DNA of 64,000 nucleotides. Origin: an uncultured delta proteobacterium. GTDB lineage: Bacteria; Myxococcota; UBA727; VGSZ01. How positions within the stretch are numbered: position 1 is the stretch's first letter; every line of letters begins with the position of its first letter. Both the position numbers and the translations under genes were made by a program. The notes under the pieces are model-generated. The model saw only the letters and a program-made list of their open reading frames with translations, was not told where the DNA came from and ran no database searches. The DNA lies in NCBI GenBank assembly GCA_963775425.1, contig CAVZJB010000016.1, positions 992,001 through 1,056,000 of the forward strand, in the 5' to 3' direction. Below, one piece after another: positions 33,682 to 45,198 of this stretch.

Positions 33682-35274
33682 TCACCCGCCCTCGTGCAGG
33701 GCTCCGCGCGCGAGATCCATCTCGGCGTTTCTCTCTGCGGCCGCGACGATGTCGTCCTCGCTCATGCCGCCCGACAACGTAATGGTGGTGGAGGCCTTCT
33801 GGCCGGTCTCCACGTCGCGCGCGGACACGTTGACGATGCCGTCGGTGTCGATCTCGAAGGTGACCTCGATCTTCACCTGCCCGCGCGGCGCCGGCCGCAG
33901 CCCGCCGAACTCGAACTCGCCGAGGAGCTGGCACTCCTCCTCTTTGCGGCCCTCGCCCTGGAAGATGCGGATCTTCACCTTCTCCTGGTTGTCGCGCGCG
34001 GTGACGAACGTCCGCGTGCGATCGATGGGGATGGACGTGTTCTTCTCGATGATCGCGTCGGTGAAGCCGCCCACGGTGCCGAGCCGCAGCGTCTGCGGCG
34101 TGACGTCGAGGAGGAACGTGTTGGTGTTCTGGTCGAGGAGCGCGTCCGCCTGGATGGCCGCGCCGAGCGCCACCACCAGGTCGGGGTCGACGTCGATGTT
34201 GGGCTCGCGCTGGAAGTAGTGGCGCACCGAGTTCCGGATGATGGGCAGCCGCGTGGGGCCGCCGACCAGGATGACGCCGTCGATCTCGTTGGCGGTGATG
34301 CGCGCGCTCTGGAGCGCCTCGTCGCACACCTTGAAGGTGCGCTGCACGAGGTCCATCACCATCTGGTTGAACTGCGAGCGGGTGAGCAGCAGGTCGAGGT
34401 CGTGGCTCTGCCCGCGCTTGTCCGTGACGAGCTGCGGGACGTGGAGCTGGACCTTGTCGTGCTCCGACAGGTCGATCTTGGCCTTCTCCGCCGCCTCCTT
34501 GATCTTGGAGAGCGCCTGGCGGTCGTTGCGCGGATCGAGCCCCGTCTGCTCGTAGAACTGCTGCGTCATCCACTGCATGATGCGCTCGTCGAAGTCGTCG
34601 CCGCCGAGGTACGTGTCGCCGTTGGTGGCGAGCACCTCGAAGACGTCCTCGCCGATCTGCAGGATGGAGACGTCGAACGTGCCGCCGCCGAGGTCGTAGA
34701 CCACGACCCGTTGGTTGATGTTCTGGCCGAAGCCGTAGGCGAGCGCCGCGGCCGTGGGCTCGTTCAGGATGCGCAGAACCTCGAGCCCGGCGATGCGCCC
34801 GGCGTTCTTGGTCTCCTGGCGCTGGTTGTCGTTGAAGAACGCCGGCACCGTGATGACGGCCTGGGTCACCGCGTGGCCGACGTGGGCCTCCACGATGGCG
34901 CGCATCTCCTTCAAGATCATGCCGGCGACCTCCGGCAGCGAGTAGACCTTGTCGTGCGTCTTGACCCGCACGGAGTTGTTGGGCCCCTCGACAATCTCGT
35001 AGCTGCACACCGTCTGCGCCTTCTTCACCTCTTCGGAGAAGAAGTAGCGGCCGATGAGCCTCTTGGAAGAGTAGATGGTGGCCCGCGGGTTGGTGATGAT
35101 GTGCTTCTTGGCGTCGTTGCCGACCACGACGGCGCCGTCATCGAGGAAGGTCACGACGGAGGCGTGTGTGCGCTCGCCCCACTCGTTGGCGATCACCTTC
35201 GGCACGCCGTCCTCGACGATGGCGACGCAGCTGTTGCTGGTGCCGAGGTCGATGCCCATGGCGATCTGCTTCAT
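33682..35274 (-). CDS. Hsp70/DnaK paralog lacking the alpha-helical lid
   Basis: GIDLGTSNS, TVPAFFND, NEPTAAALAYG, DLGGGTFD, LLDVTP, IDTDGIV; only 530 aa. Confidence 0.93.
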   Translation of the reverse strand: MKQIAMGIDLGTSNSCVAIVEDGVPKVIANEWGERTHASVVTFLDDGAVVVGNDAKKHIITNPRATIYSSKRLIGRYFFSEEVKKAQTVCSYEIVEGPNNSVRVKTHDKVYSLPEVAGMILKEMRAIVEAHVGHAVTQAVITVPAFFNDNQRQETKNAGRIAGLEVLRILNEPTAAALAYGFGQNINQRVVVYDLGGGTFDVSILQIGEDVFEVLATNGDTYLGGDDFDERIMQWMTQQFYEQTGLDPRNDRQALSKIKEAAEKAKIDLSEHDKVQLHVPQLVTDKRGQSHDLDLLLTRSQFNQMVMDLVQRTFKVCDEALQSARITANEIDGVILVGGPTRLPIIRNSVRHYFQREPNIDVDPDLVVALGAAIQADALLDQNTNTFLLDVTPQTLRLGTVGGFTDAIIEKNTSIPIDRTRTFVTARDNQEKVKIRIFQGEGRKEEECQLLGEFEFGGLRPAPRGQVKIEVTFEIDTDGIVNVSARDVETGQKASTTITLSGGMSEDDIVAAAERNAEMDLARGALHEGG

Positions 35275-35404
35275 CCGGTCTCCCGCTCCTCTGTGCTGGG
35301 AGCATCCGTGAAGGCGCACCGCGTCGTCAATCCTCACGTCCCTGGTTCGAGCGGCGATCTGGAAACGGGCAGACCACCTCGTTCCTTGCTACGTTGAAGG
35401 CATC

Positions 35405-36244
35405 ATGGTTGGAACGCGAGCCGTCGGGATGGTGGTCAACGATCCGCAGCGGGCCCAGCTCGCGCTTCACGAGATCGCCCCGCTCGTGTCCCTGCCGGTC
35501 GGCGCGGACGCCATCGGCATCGCGTCCCTCGTCGACGGCGCTGCGCTCCTGTCGCGCCTGCCCGCCATCCCCGCCGGCGCCGGCCTCGCCGCCGCCGTGG
35601 GCCCCATCAAGGGGCGATGTGCGGTGGTGCAGGTGCGGGTGCGAGACGAGCTGCGGCCCCACGGGCCCGACGGCACCGCCAACCTCGGCCCGTTTCGCGC
35701 GCGCAGCTTCGCCGCCGCCATCGTCGGCGGCCCGCAGGACGCCGACGCAGCCTCGAGCAGCCGGGAGCGGCTGCTCGACACCGTGCCCGACTTCCTGCGC
35801 CGCTTCGTCAGCGGGCAGAGCGAGGCGGAGGCCTTCTTCCTCGCCTTGCTCGCGCGGCTGCACCACAAGGGCGCGCTCGACGGCCGCGACCCGGCCGCGC
35901 TCTGCGACGCCACCCGCGAGGTCGTCGCCGAGAGCGGCCCGGAGCCCCGCCACGTGCTGCTCACCAACGGCTCGGAGATGGTGCACGTCGCCGCCGGCAT
36001 GCCGTCGGCGATCCTCACGCTCAACGGGCTGTCGGAGCGCGTGGCGACGAGCATCGACGCCACGCTGACCGACTCGTCCATGGGCCGCGAGCGCCTCCGC
36101 CGCTTCCACGGCGTGCTCTGCCTCGGCGCCCTCGACACCACGCTCAAGGCGAACGCCCCGGTGCCGGCCGGCTCGGCCTTGCAGGTGCTCCCCGAAGGCG
36201 CCGCCGCCCTCGTCACCCGCGAGCTCAACGTCCGCATCCTGTAG
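35405..36244 (+). CDS. Class II glutamine amidotransferase (EgtC/YafJ)-like protein lacking the N-terminal Cys
   Basis: ADAIGI, QVR, NLGPFR, GQSEAEAFF, LLTNG correspond to degenerate GATase_4 motifs. Confidence 0.68.
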   Translation: MVGTRAVGMVVNDPQRAQLALHEIAPLVSLPVGADAIGIASLVDGAALLSRLPAIPAGAGLAAAVGPIKGRCAVVQVRVRDELRPHGPDGTANLGPFRARSFAAAIVGGPQDADAASSSRERLLDTVPDFLRRFVSGQSEAEAFFLALLARLHHKGALDGRDPAALCDATREVVAESGPEPRHVLLTNGSEMVHVAAGMPSAILTLNGLSERVATSIDATLTDSSMGRERLRRFHGVLCLGALDTTLKANAPVPAGSALQVLPEGAAALVTRELNVRIL

Positions 36245-36319
36245 TCGCGCGCGGCCATGCGTGGGTTGCTGGGCCCGCGTGGGTTGCTGCGCAAAGGGCT
36301 CCGGACTACACGGCGCCGC

Positions 36320-37789
36320 ATGGGGCTGCCCCGCGTCCTCGTCGTCGACGACTCGCCCACCATCCGGCGCGTGGTGTCGAACGTGCTGCGCCAGGCAGGC
36401 TACGACGTGAGCACGGCCGAAAACGGCGACACGGGCCTCGAGGAGGCCCAGGCCACGCGGCCCGACCTCATCCTGCTCGACTTCATGATGCCGGGCATGA
36501 ACGGCTATCAGTTCGTCAAGCAGCTCGACGTCCTCGATGAAGGGCGCGCCCCCGTGGTGCTGATGTGCACGCGCACCGACCAGGTGCCCGAGGGCGCGCT
36601 CAAGGGGCTCGGCGTCGTCGACAGCATCACCAAGCCATTTTCGCCGGAGGCCATCCTCGCGGTGGTGCAGTACTGCCTCGACAAGCACGGCCGCGCGCCG
36701 CGCCAGGAGACCACGCGGGTCACCAAGCTCGCCGAGCAGAGCGCGGTCGCCGACTTCGACGAGGAGGCCACCACCCCGGGCGTCGCGCGCGCCGCCGACG
36801 GCTCGAACGACGGCGACCGCGCGCGCGCCGACCAGGCCCTGCGCGACATCGCGCGCCTGGTCGCCGACGCCCTCTTCGCCCGCGGCGTCTCCGACGCCGA
36901 CGCCGTCGCCACCGCCATCTGCGCCGACCTGCGCGCGGGCCTGCCCTCCACCAGGCTCGCCGACGTGCTGCGCGGCCCGCAGCCGAGCCTCACCGGCGAC
37001 CTCGCGGCCGTTCCCCTGCCCGAGGTGCTCCAGCTCCTGAAGTTCCAGGGGCAGACCGGCGTCCTCGAGGTGGCGCTCGACGGGCCCACGCCGGCGGGGC
37101 CGCCGGCGCGCTTCGAGGTGGCGGTGAAGGCCGGCGTCGTCGTCGCCGTGCGGGCGCGGGACGCGCGCGCCGACTTGCTGCTCGGCAACTACTTCGTCGG
37201 GGCGGCCCTGGTTTCGCGGGCGCAGCTCGACGCCGTGCTCTCGAAGTCCTCGAGCGAGCCCATCGGCATGCGCCTCGTGTCCGCCGGGCTCCTCACCACG
37301 GAGCAACTGCGGCGCTGCGTCGGCGCGCAGGCGCAGGACCTGATGGTCGAGCTGCTCCGCGCGCGCCGCGGGTTCTTCGGGCTGCGGCGCGGCGAGGACC
37401 TCCTGCCGTCCACGCACATCACGCCGGGCTTCTCCGTCGACATGCTGCTGTTCGAGGGCCTGCGCCGCATCGACGAGTGGGGCGTGATCGAAAAGCAGGT
37501 GCCGTCCTTCGACGCCAGGTTCGTGCTCGCCTCCGACGACATCCACGATCTCTCCCCCGACGAGATCGACGTGCTCTCCGTATTCAAGGACGGTGAGACG
37601 CTCGCCATCAAGGAGCTGTTGCGCATCTCGTCGCTGCGCGCGTTCGAGGCCTGCAAGGTCGTGTACCGGCTCTGCGTGCTGCGCCGCCTGCGCCGCGTCG
37701 ACGACGGCGACTCCGAGAACCTGGTGAGCGACAGCGTGGAGGGCGAGCCGGTGGCCGACGCGCCCTCCCCCGAAGGACCGGGCTCGTGA
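36320..37789 (+). CDS. Response regulator with DUF4388 domain
   Basis: VLVVDDS, PDLILLD, ITKPF; LTGDLAAVPLPEVLQLL...TGVL, LLFEGLRRIDEW. Confidence 0.9.
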   Translation: MGLPRVLVVDDSPTIRRVVSNVLRQAGYDVSTAENGDTGLEEAQATRPDLILLDFMMPGMNGYQFVKQLDVLDEGRAPVVLMCTRTDQVPEGALKGLGVVDSITKPFSPEAILAVVQYCLDKHGRAPRQETTRVTKLAEQSAVADFDEEATTPGVARAADGSNDGDRARADQALRDIARLVADALFARGVSDADAVATAICADLRAGLPSTRLADVLRGPQPSLTGDLAAVPLPEVLQLLKFQGQTGVLEVALDGPTPAGPPARFEVAVKAGVVVAVRARDARADLLLGNYFVGAALVSRAQLDAVLSKSSSEPIGMRLVSAGLLTTEQLRRCVGAQAQDLMVELLRARRGFFGLRRGEDLLPSTHITPGFSVDMLLFEGLRRIDEWGVIEKQVPSFDARFVLASDDIHDLSPDEIDVLSVFKDGETLAIKELLRISSLRAFEACKVVYRLCVLRRLRRVDDGDSENLVSDSVEGEPVADAPSPEGPGS

Positions 37790-39366
37790 CCGCGCGCGGC
37801 GCGCACCGGACGCGCGCGGGCTTCGCGCTCGGCGGCGGCGTCGCGCTCGGCGTGGTGCTCGCGGCGTTCGCGCCGGCCGCGCTGGTGGCGGCGCTCCTGT
37901 GGCCGCGCTCCCCCGCTGCATCGGCGACGTCGACGACGACGACGACGTCGTCGTCGGGGGCGAGCACGCCGGCCGCCCCGCGGATCGAGCCGCCGCGCGT
38001 GGACTTCGCCGCCATCAAGCAGGCGGCGCAGGCGCCGGCGACCCAGGCGCTCATCTACGACCGCGCGCGCGTGGACGCCGAGCGGCTGCTCCTCAAGAAG
38101 ATCGCGCGCGCGCGCGACGCCCGCCGCGCCGCCGGCGGCACGCTGCAGGACCTCAGGAAGCCCTTCTCCGTCGACGACCTCGGCGGCGCGCCGGCCATGG
38201 CGGAGCTCGGCGTGGCCGCGGGCAAGCGCCTGCTCGTGAGCCGCCCCGACGGCAAGCTCGTGGCGCCCACGGGCGCGTCCCTGCCCGCCGGCGTGGAGCT
38301 CTCGTCCAAGGAGCGCGACGAAGACACGATCGAGGCGGACGCCACGCTCGACGGAAAGCCCGTGCGCGTCCTGCGCCGCTGCGTCGCCGGCGAGCACCTG
38401 TGCCTGGTCGACATCGAGGCCCACGACGACGGTGGCCCCGCGGCCCGCGCGCGCTTCGACGCCGTCGTCGACGCGGAGCAAAGCAAGCTCGAGGCCTGGA
38501 CGCCGCCCGCGCCGCCCGCGCCGCCCGCGCTCCCGGCCGCGCCGCCGCTGCCGCTGTCGCCCGCGGCCGCCGTCGCCGCCGGCGCGGCTTTGGCGTTGCT
38601 CCTCGCCGCCGCGCTCGCGTTCCGGTTGCGCGCCGTCGGCGGCGCGGTGCTCGCGGCGGCGGCCCGGCTGCGCGCGGTGTCGGCCGGGAGCCCGCGCGAG
38701 GCGCCCGCCGCGACGCTGCCCGAAGAGATCGCCGCGCTCGAGCGCGCCGTCGACGAGGCGGCGGCCGCGCTGGGCGACGCCGGGGCGCGCGCGGCGCTCG
38801 ACAAGCGGCGGGCGGCGCGCGCGGAGGCGGTGGCCGCCGGGCTCACCGAGGCGCGCACACGGCTCGACGCCCGCGTCGCCGCCGACGACGCCGACGACGC
38901 CGCCCTCGCCGCCCTCGTGACGGCGGCGAACGCGCTGGTGGAGTCTTTCGAGGCGCGCGTGGTGCGCTGGCAGAGCCACGCCGGCGTCATCGCGGCGCCG
39001 CCCGCGATCAGCGACGTCGAGACGCGTGCGCAGGCGCTGGTCCCGCTGCCCGGGTTGATGCTCGAGGCGGCGCAGCGGCTGCTGCGGGTGGCGCGCGCGC
39101 CGGGCGTCCCCCCAAAGATCGTCGAGGAGCTCGCGTCGGTCGGGCGGGCGTTGGCGGAGCGCGGCAAGAACGCGCAGACGCTCGTCGATCAGTTGCTCCT
39201 CGACGCCGCCACCGATCGCAAGGGCGAGCGCCCGGTGGGCGCGCTCGAGGCGCTCCGCGCGGAGCTGTCCGCCCTCGCCCCTGCCCCGGCGGCGCCCACG
39301 GCCGTCGCCGCGCTGCAAGACCTGCCGCCCGCCGAGATCGCCAAGCGCTTCGAGGAGCGCCCATGA
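37786..39366 (+). CDS. Hypothetical two-TM sensor-like protein with degenerate HAMP-like segments
   Basis: TM-periplasmic-TM layout; LPEEIAALERAV and DDAALAALVTAANALV HAMP-like motifs; coupled to the response regulator. Confidence 0.6.
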   Translation: MTARGAHRTRAGFALGGGVALGVVLAAFAPAALVAALLWPRSPAASATSTTTTTSSSGASTPAAPRIEPPRVDFAAIKQAAQAPATQALIYDRARVDAERLLLKKIARARDARRAAGGTLQDLRKPFSVDDLGGAPAMAELGVAAGKRLLVSRPDGKLVAPTGASLPAGVELSSKERDEDTIEADATLDGKPVRVLRRCVAGEHLCLVDIEAHDDGGPAARARFDAVVDAEQSKLEAWTPPAPPAPPALPAAPPLPLSPAAAVAAGAALALLLAAALAFRLRAVGGAVLAAAARLRAVSAGSPREAPAATLPEEIAALERAVDEAAAALGDAGARAALDKRRAARAEAVAAGLTEARTRLDARVAADDADDAALAALVTAANALVESFEARVVRWQSHAGVIAAPPAISDVETRAQALVPLPGLMLEAAQRLLRVARAPGVPPKIVEELASVGRALAERGKNAQTLVDQLLLDAATDRKGERPVGALEALRAELSALAPAPAAPTAVAALQDLPPAEIAKRFEERP

Positions 39367-39472
39367 GGCGTGAATCCGCGGTGGGGGCGCGCCCCTGCGT
39401 CACGCGCTCCCTGGTGACGGCCCTCACGTGAATCGCTAGCCCTGCCGGACGTCGATCCGCTGGAGTCCCCTG

Positions 39473-40267
39473 ATGTTCATCCCCGTCTCGCCCCTGGTCG
39501 CCCTCACGCTCCAGCTCTTTGTGCCCGCCGACGCAGCCGCCCTCGCGGCCGACGGCGTGACAGCCGCCGAGCCGGCGCCGCCCGCGCCCGCGGCGTCGCC
39601 GGCGCCCGCCGCGCCCGCGGCGGCGCCCGCGCCGAAGAAGATGGACGCCAAGCTCCAGGCGGTCGTCGACGCCATCCAGAAGACCTACGACAACACCACC
39701 GACTTCAGCGGCAGCTTCACGCAGAAGTACACCTACACGCTCCTGCGGCGCACGCAGGAGTCGAGCGGCACCGTGAAGTTCAAGAAGCCGGGCCTGATGC
39801 GTTGGGACTACGAAAAGCCCACGCCCAAGGCCTTCGTCGTCGACGGCAAGTCACTGTGGGTGCACCAGCCCGAGGACCACAACGCGTTCGTGAACGCGTG
39901 CTTTCAGCAGGACGGCCTCACGGCGTCGGTGGCGTTCCTCTGGGGCCAGGGCAAGATCGCCGAGCAGTTCGACGTCGCCTGGTTCGACGGCGTCTTCGGC
40001 AAGAAGACCGACTACCACCTCGAGCTCACGCCCAAGCAGCCGAACGCGGTGTTTTCGAAGCTCATCCTCGTCGTGGACCCGAAGACGTCGCGCGTCAAGC
40101 AGTCCGTCGTCGTCGACCCGTCGGGCAACGTCAACCAGTTCATCTACGACCACCTCGCGTTCAACAAGAAGATGGGCGACGACGCCTTCGCCTTCACCCC
40201 GCCGGCGGGCACCCACGTCTCGCGGCTGCCCGGCTCCTGCGACAAGCCGGTGCCCGGCTTGAAGTGA
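39473..40267 (+). CDS. lolA: Outer membrane lipoprotein carrier LolA
   Basis: Signal peptide; FTQ, SGTVKFKKPGLMRWDYEKP, VVDGKSLW, FAFTPPAG. Confidence 0.9.
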   Translation: MFIPVSPLVALTLQLFVPADAAALAADGVTAAEPAPPAPAASPAPAAPAAAPAPKKMDAKLQAVVDAIQKTYDNTTDFSGSFTQKYTYTLLRRTQESSGTVKFKKPGLMRWDYEKPTPKAFVVDGKSLWVHQPEDHNAFVNACFQQDGLTASVAFLWGQGKIAEQFDVAWFDGVFGKKTDYHLELTPKQPNAVFSKLILVVDPKTSRVKQSVVVDPSGNVNQFIYDHLAFNKKMGDDAFAFTPPAGTHVSRLPGSCDKPVPGLK

Positions 40268-40313
40268 CCCGCGCCCCGGGCGGCGCGCGCGCGATGCGTG
40301 GCACCATCGAGGC

Positions 40314-41009
40314 GTGCGGATCGTCTCCCGCTTCAAGGACTACTACGACGCCCTGCGATCCATGGATCGCGAGCCGGAGCCGCTGTACGTCCGCCAGACC
40401 GCGGAGATCGCGCTCGGCGGCGCGCGTCCCACCGCCGAGCAGGTGCGCGCGCGACAAGCGGTGCGCCCGCTGTGGACCACGGCGACCATCCCGCACCACC
40501 CGCCCGTCGGCGGGCGCGGCGTCGTCGGCTTCTGCGGCCGGCTGTATCCGTTCCTGCGCTTCGGCGGCCGCACGTTCCACACGTTTCGCGGCTTCTACGA
40601 CGCCGTGCGCAACAGCGATCTGCCCGAGCGCGCGTCGCTGCTCGCACGGCTCGACGGGCGCAGCCGCTACGAGCTCACCCGGCGCGAGTGGGAGGCGTTC
40701 GAGGCCTCGCGCGCGCGCACCGTCGAGGACGGGCCGTTTCGCTTCTTCAACGCGCCGGTGATCGTGATGACCGACGATCACATCGTCGTGAACCCGCGCC
40801 TGCGCGACTACGAGCTCGCGCGCGTCGTGGACCCGTACACGGCCTGGCAGGACATCTCGGTGTTCCTCGGCAACAACCTCGTGAACAGCGCGGGCCCACC
40901 GCGCCCCGTGTCGGACGAGCTCAGGGCGGAGGCCCACGGCTTCGACCGGAAGCTCTCCTTCCGGAAGGCGAAGGGCGGCCGGCAGAAGGTCGACCGCGGC
41001 GACTGGTGA
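40314..41009 (+). CDS. Hypothetical protein, possibly of a phage-associated family
   Basis: MRIVSRFKDYYD N-terminus and DPYTAWQDISVFLG...HGFDRKLSFRK C-terminus. Confidence 0.75.
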   Translation: MRIVSRFKDYYDALRSMDREPEPLYVRQTAEIALGGARPTAEQVRARQAVRPLWTTATIPHHPPVGGRGVVGFCGRLYPFLRFGGRTFHTFRGFYDAVRNSDLPERASLLARLDGRSRYELTRREWEAFEASRARTVEDGPFRFFNAPVIVMTDDHIVVNPRLRDYELARVVDPYTAWQDISVFLGNNLVNSAGPPRPVSDELRAEAHGFDRKLSFRKAKGGRQKVDRGDW

Positions 41010-41065
41010 GCGCGCGGACGGCGACCGGCGTTGGCATGCGCCGCCATTGCGGCTAACCGGCGCGC

Positions 41066-42372
<1,307 letters not shown>

Positions 42373-42376
<4 letters not shown>

Positions 42377-43986
42377 GGCGGCTCGCTCGCAACCTTCTGC
42401 CGGGGACGTTCGCGCTCGTCATGGGTGCCTGCGTGACCACGCAGCAGATCGCCGATCGCTCGCCGGACCCGCGCGACGACCTGCCGGCGCTGACGAGCGC
42501 CGACCAGGCCGCGCTCGCGACCAAAAAGCGCGCGGAGCGCGCCGCCGCGCACCCGCTCCGCACCGTGATCGCCACCTCGGCGCACGATCCCATCGTCAAC
42601 GTGCGCGTGGTCTTCGAGGCCGGCTCCGCCGACGACCCCGCGGGCAAGGAGGGGCTCGCCATGCTCAGCGCGAGCCTCATGCGCGAGGCGACGGAGAAGC
42701 TCACTGCCGCCAAGCTCCAGGAGACGCTCTTTCCCTGGGCCGCCGAGCTCGGCGTGCAGGTCGACAAGGACACGACGGTGTTCATGGGCCGCGTGCACAA
42801 GGACCACGAGAGCGAGTGGGGCGACGTGCTCCTCGACGTCATCCTGCACCCGCGCCTCGACAAGGGTGACTTCGAGCGCAAGCGCGCGGAGCAGAAGGCG
42901 TTCATCGAAAACACCTTGCGCACCGGCAACGACGAGCTCCTGCAGCGCGAGGCGTTGGAGACCGCGCTGTATCCGCCGGGCCACCCGTATCACCACACGC
43001 CGTGGGGCACGGTGAAGGGGCTCGACAGCATCACCCTCGACGACGTCCACGCGTTCATCGCCCAAAACCTCACGTACGACCGCGTGGTGCTCGGCGTGTC
43101 CGGCGGCGCGGACGACGCGCTCGTGAAGAAGCTCGAGGCGGGGCTCTCGTCGCTCCCGTTCTCGACGGCGCCGCGGGCCGCGGTGAAGACGCCCGCGCTG
43201 CCGATGAAGAACGTCGCGGAGCTCATCGACAAGCCGGCGGCCGGCACCGCCATCTCCATCGGCTACGTCCTCCCCGAGCTGTCCCGCACGAGCCCCGACT
43301 ACGCCGCCATGAAGCTCGCAGAGACGTGGTTCGGTGAGCACCGCAGCCTCATCGGCCACCTCTTCGACGCCATGCGGGAGAAGCGCGGCCTCAACTACGG
43401 CGACTATGCGTACATCGAGCACTTCCGGCAGGCGGGCTGGGGCACGTTCGAGCAGCTCAACATCCCGCGGCGCACGCAGTACTTCTCGATGTGGATCCGC
43501 CCCGTCGAGCACAAGAACCGCCTCTTCGCGCTCCGGCAGACGGCGTACGAGCTCGACAAATTCGCGCGCTTCGGCATCCCCGACGACGAGAGCTTCGAGC
43601 GCGCCAGGTCCTACGTTCAGGGCTACTGGCGCGCCAAGGAAGCGGAGCCCATGCGGCGGCTCGGCTACCAGATGGACACGGCGATGTCGGGCTCCATCAG
43701 CCGCGAGCAACTGCGCAAAGCGGTGGCGCGGCTCACCCGCGCCGAGGTGAACGCGGCCATCAAGCGCCACCTGCACCCGGGCAGCGAGACCATCGTCGTC
43801 GTCACCGAGAAGGCGGACGCGCTCAAAGCGGCCATCGACAAGGGGGACGCGTCGCCCATCTCGTATGCGTCGAGCAAGGTCCCGAAGGAACAGAAGGACG
43901 AGGACAAGATCATCGAGGTGTTCGATCTCGGCCTCGCGCCCGACCGCATCCACGTCGTCCCTCCGTCGGCGCTGTTCGAGGAGTGA
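42373..43986 (+). CDS. M16 family peptidase partner subunit (non-catalytic), lipoprotein
   Basis: Lipobox MGAC; GSADDP..KEGLA without HxxEH; REKRGLNY; ATGA overlap with the catalytic subunit. Confidence 0.9.
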
Positions 43987-43996
43987 GCGCGCGCCC

Positions 43997-44935
43997 ATGT
44001 CGCACGCGCTGTTGAGGGCCCTGTGCACGTTCGGCGCCGCCGTGGTGGCGCTGCCGGTCGTCGCATGGCTCGAAGGCCTGCGCGGGCGCTCGCAGTCGGG
44101 CGTGGTGAGCGGTCCGCGCGGCGCGTTCACTGCGCTTGCCACCGCCATCAAGCTCCTCGAGAAGCGCGCGCCGCGCGCGCTCGAGACCGATCGCCTGTTG
44201 CATACGACCGCGCCGGTGCTCGCGCTCATCCCCACGCTCGCGCTGTTGACCATGCTGCCGGTGTCGCCCGACGACCCCATCGGGGCCACGCTCCCGCAGA
44301 TCCTGGCGATGCCGCTGTTGTCGACGGGGGCGGTCGCGCTGGCGGGCTTCGGCAGCGGCAGCCGCCTCGCGCACCTCGCGGCGCTCCGCCTGGTCGCGCT
44401 GCGTTTGAGCGTCCTCGTCGTCGTGGGTGCGGCGGCCATGGCGGTCGCGCACGTCGCGGGCTCCGTCGACATGCCGGTGCTGGCTGCGGCGCAGGCAGAG
44501 CCGCTCCTCGGCGTGCTGCCGCGCTGGGGGATCTTCGTCGCGCCGACGGCCTGCCTGGCGGCGACGGTGGCGCTGGCGGTGCACGCGCAGCACGTGTCGC
44601 GCTCGCGGACGGAGCCGTCGCTCGCGGAGCCCTGGCTCGGCGACGCCACGGGCCCCGTCCTCCTCGGACATCGCATCTTCGAGAGCCTCGACCTCTTCGC
44701 CGGCGCGAGCGTCCTGGCGGTGCTCTTCTTCGGCGCTTGGGACATCCCGGGCCTCGCCGTGCCTGACACGCTCGCCACGGCCCTGAAGATCCTGCTCGCG
44801 CTGGCGGCGGTGGTCGGCGTGCGCAACATCCTCCCCGTGCTCACGCCCGCCGTCGCCCTCCGCGTCTGCTGGATCGTGCTGTTGCCGCTGGCGGTGATAG
44901 CCCTCGTCGCCGTCGAGCTCTTCTTCGTTTCCTGA
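43997..44935 (+). CDS. NuoH/ND1-like membrane protein, divergent and isolated
   Basis: GPRG...AIKLLEK, GFGSGS...LAALR, LFFGAW, VRNILP...CWIVLLPLA pattern of complex I subunit H. Confidence 0.72.
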   Translation: MSHALLRALCTFGAAVVALPVVAWLEGLRGRSQSGVVSGPRGAFTALATAIKLLEKRAPRALETDRLLHTTAPVLALIPTLALLTMLPVSPDDPIGATLPQILAMPLLSTGAVALAGFGSGSRLAHLAALRLVALRLSVLVVVGAAAMAVAHVAGSVDMPVLAAAQAEPLLGVLPRWGIFVAPTACLAATVALAVHAQHVSRSRTEPSLAEPWLGDATGPVLLGHRIFESLDLFAGASVLAVLFFGAWDIPGLAVPDTLATALKILLALAAVVGVRNILPVLTPAVALRVCWIVLLPLAVIALVAVELFFVS

Positions 44936-44937
44936 CC

Positions 44938-45198
44938 CTACGTCGGGGCGTCGCCGCGGCGGTCCTTGCGCAGGCCCGTTGCGTCGTCGTCGAGGATGAG
45001 CGCCCCCTGCACCGCCTCGAGCAGCAACGCCGTCGAGCGCGCGTCGCCCGCCTGCGCGGCCGCCGCGAGCTTGCCGAGCCAGGCGCGCTCGGCCTGCGGC
45101 AGGCTCTCGAGAGGAACGCGGGCGCGCGAAAAGAGCGCGTCGCTCACGCGAAGCTCAACCAACGCGCCTCGCTCGAACCGCGCGACGTCGATGTTCAC
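44938..45198 (-). CDS. Small hypothetical protein
   Basis: GTG start overlapping the upstream stop; 86 aa. Confidence 0.5.
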   Translation of the reverse strand: MNIDVARFERGALVELRVSDALFSRARVPLESLPQAERAWLGKLAAAAQAGDARSTALLLEAVQGALILDDDATGLRKDRRGDAPT

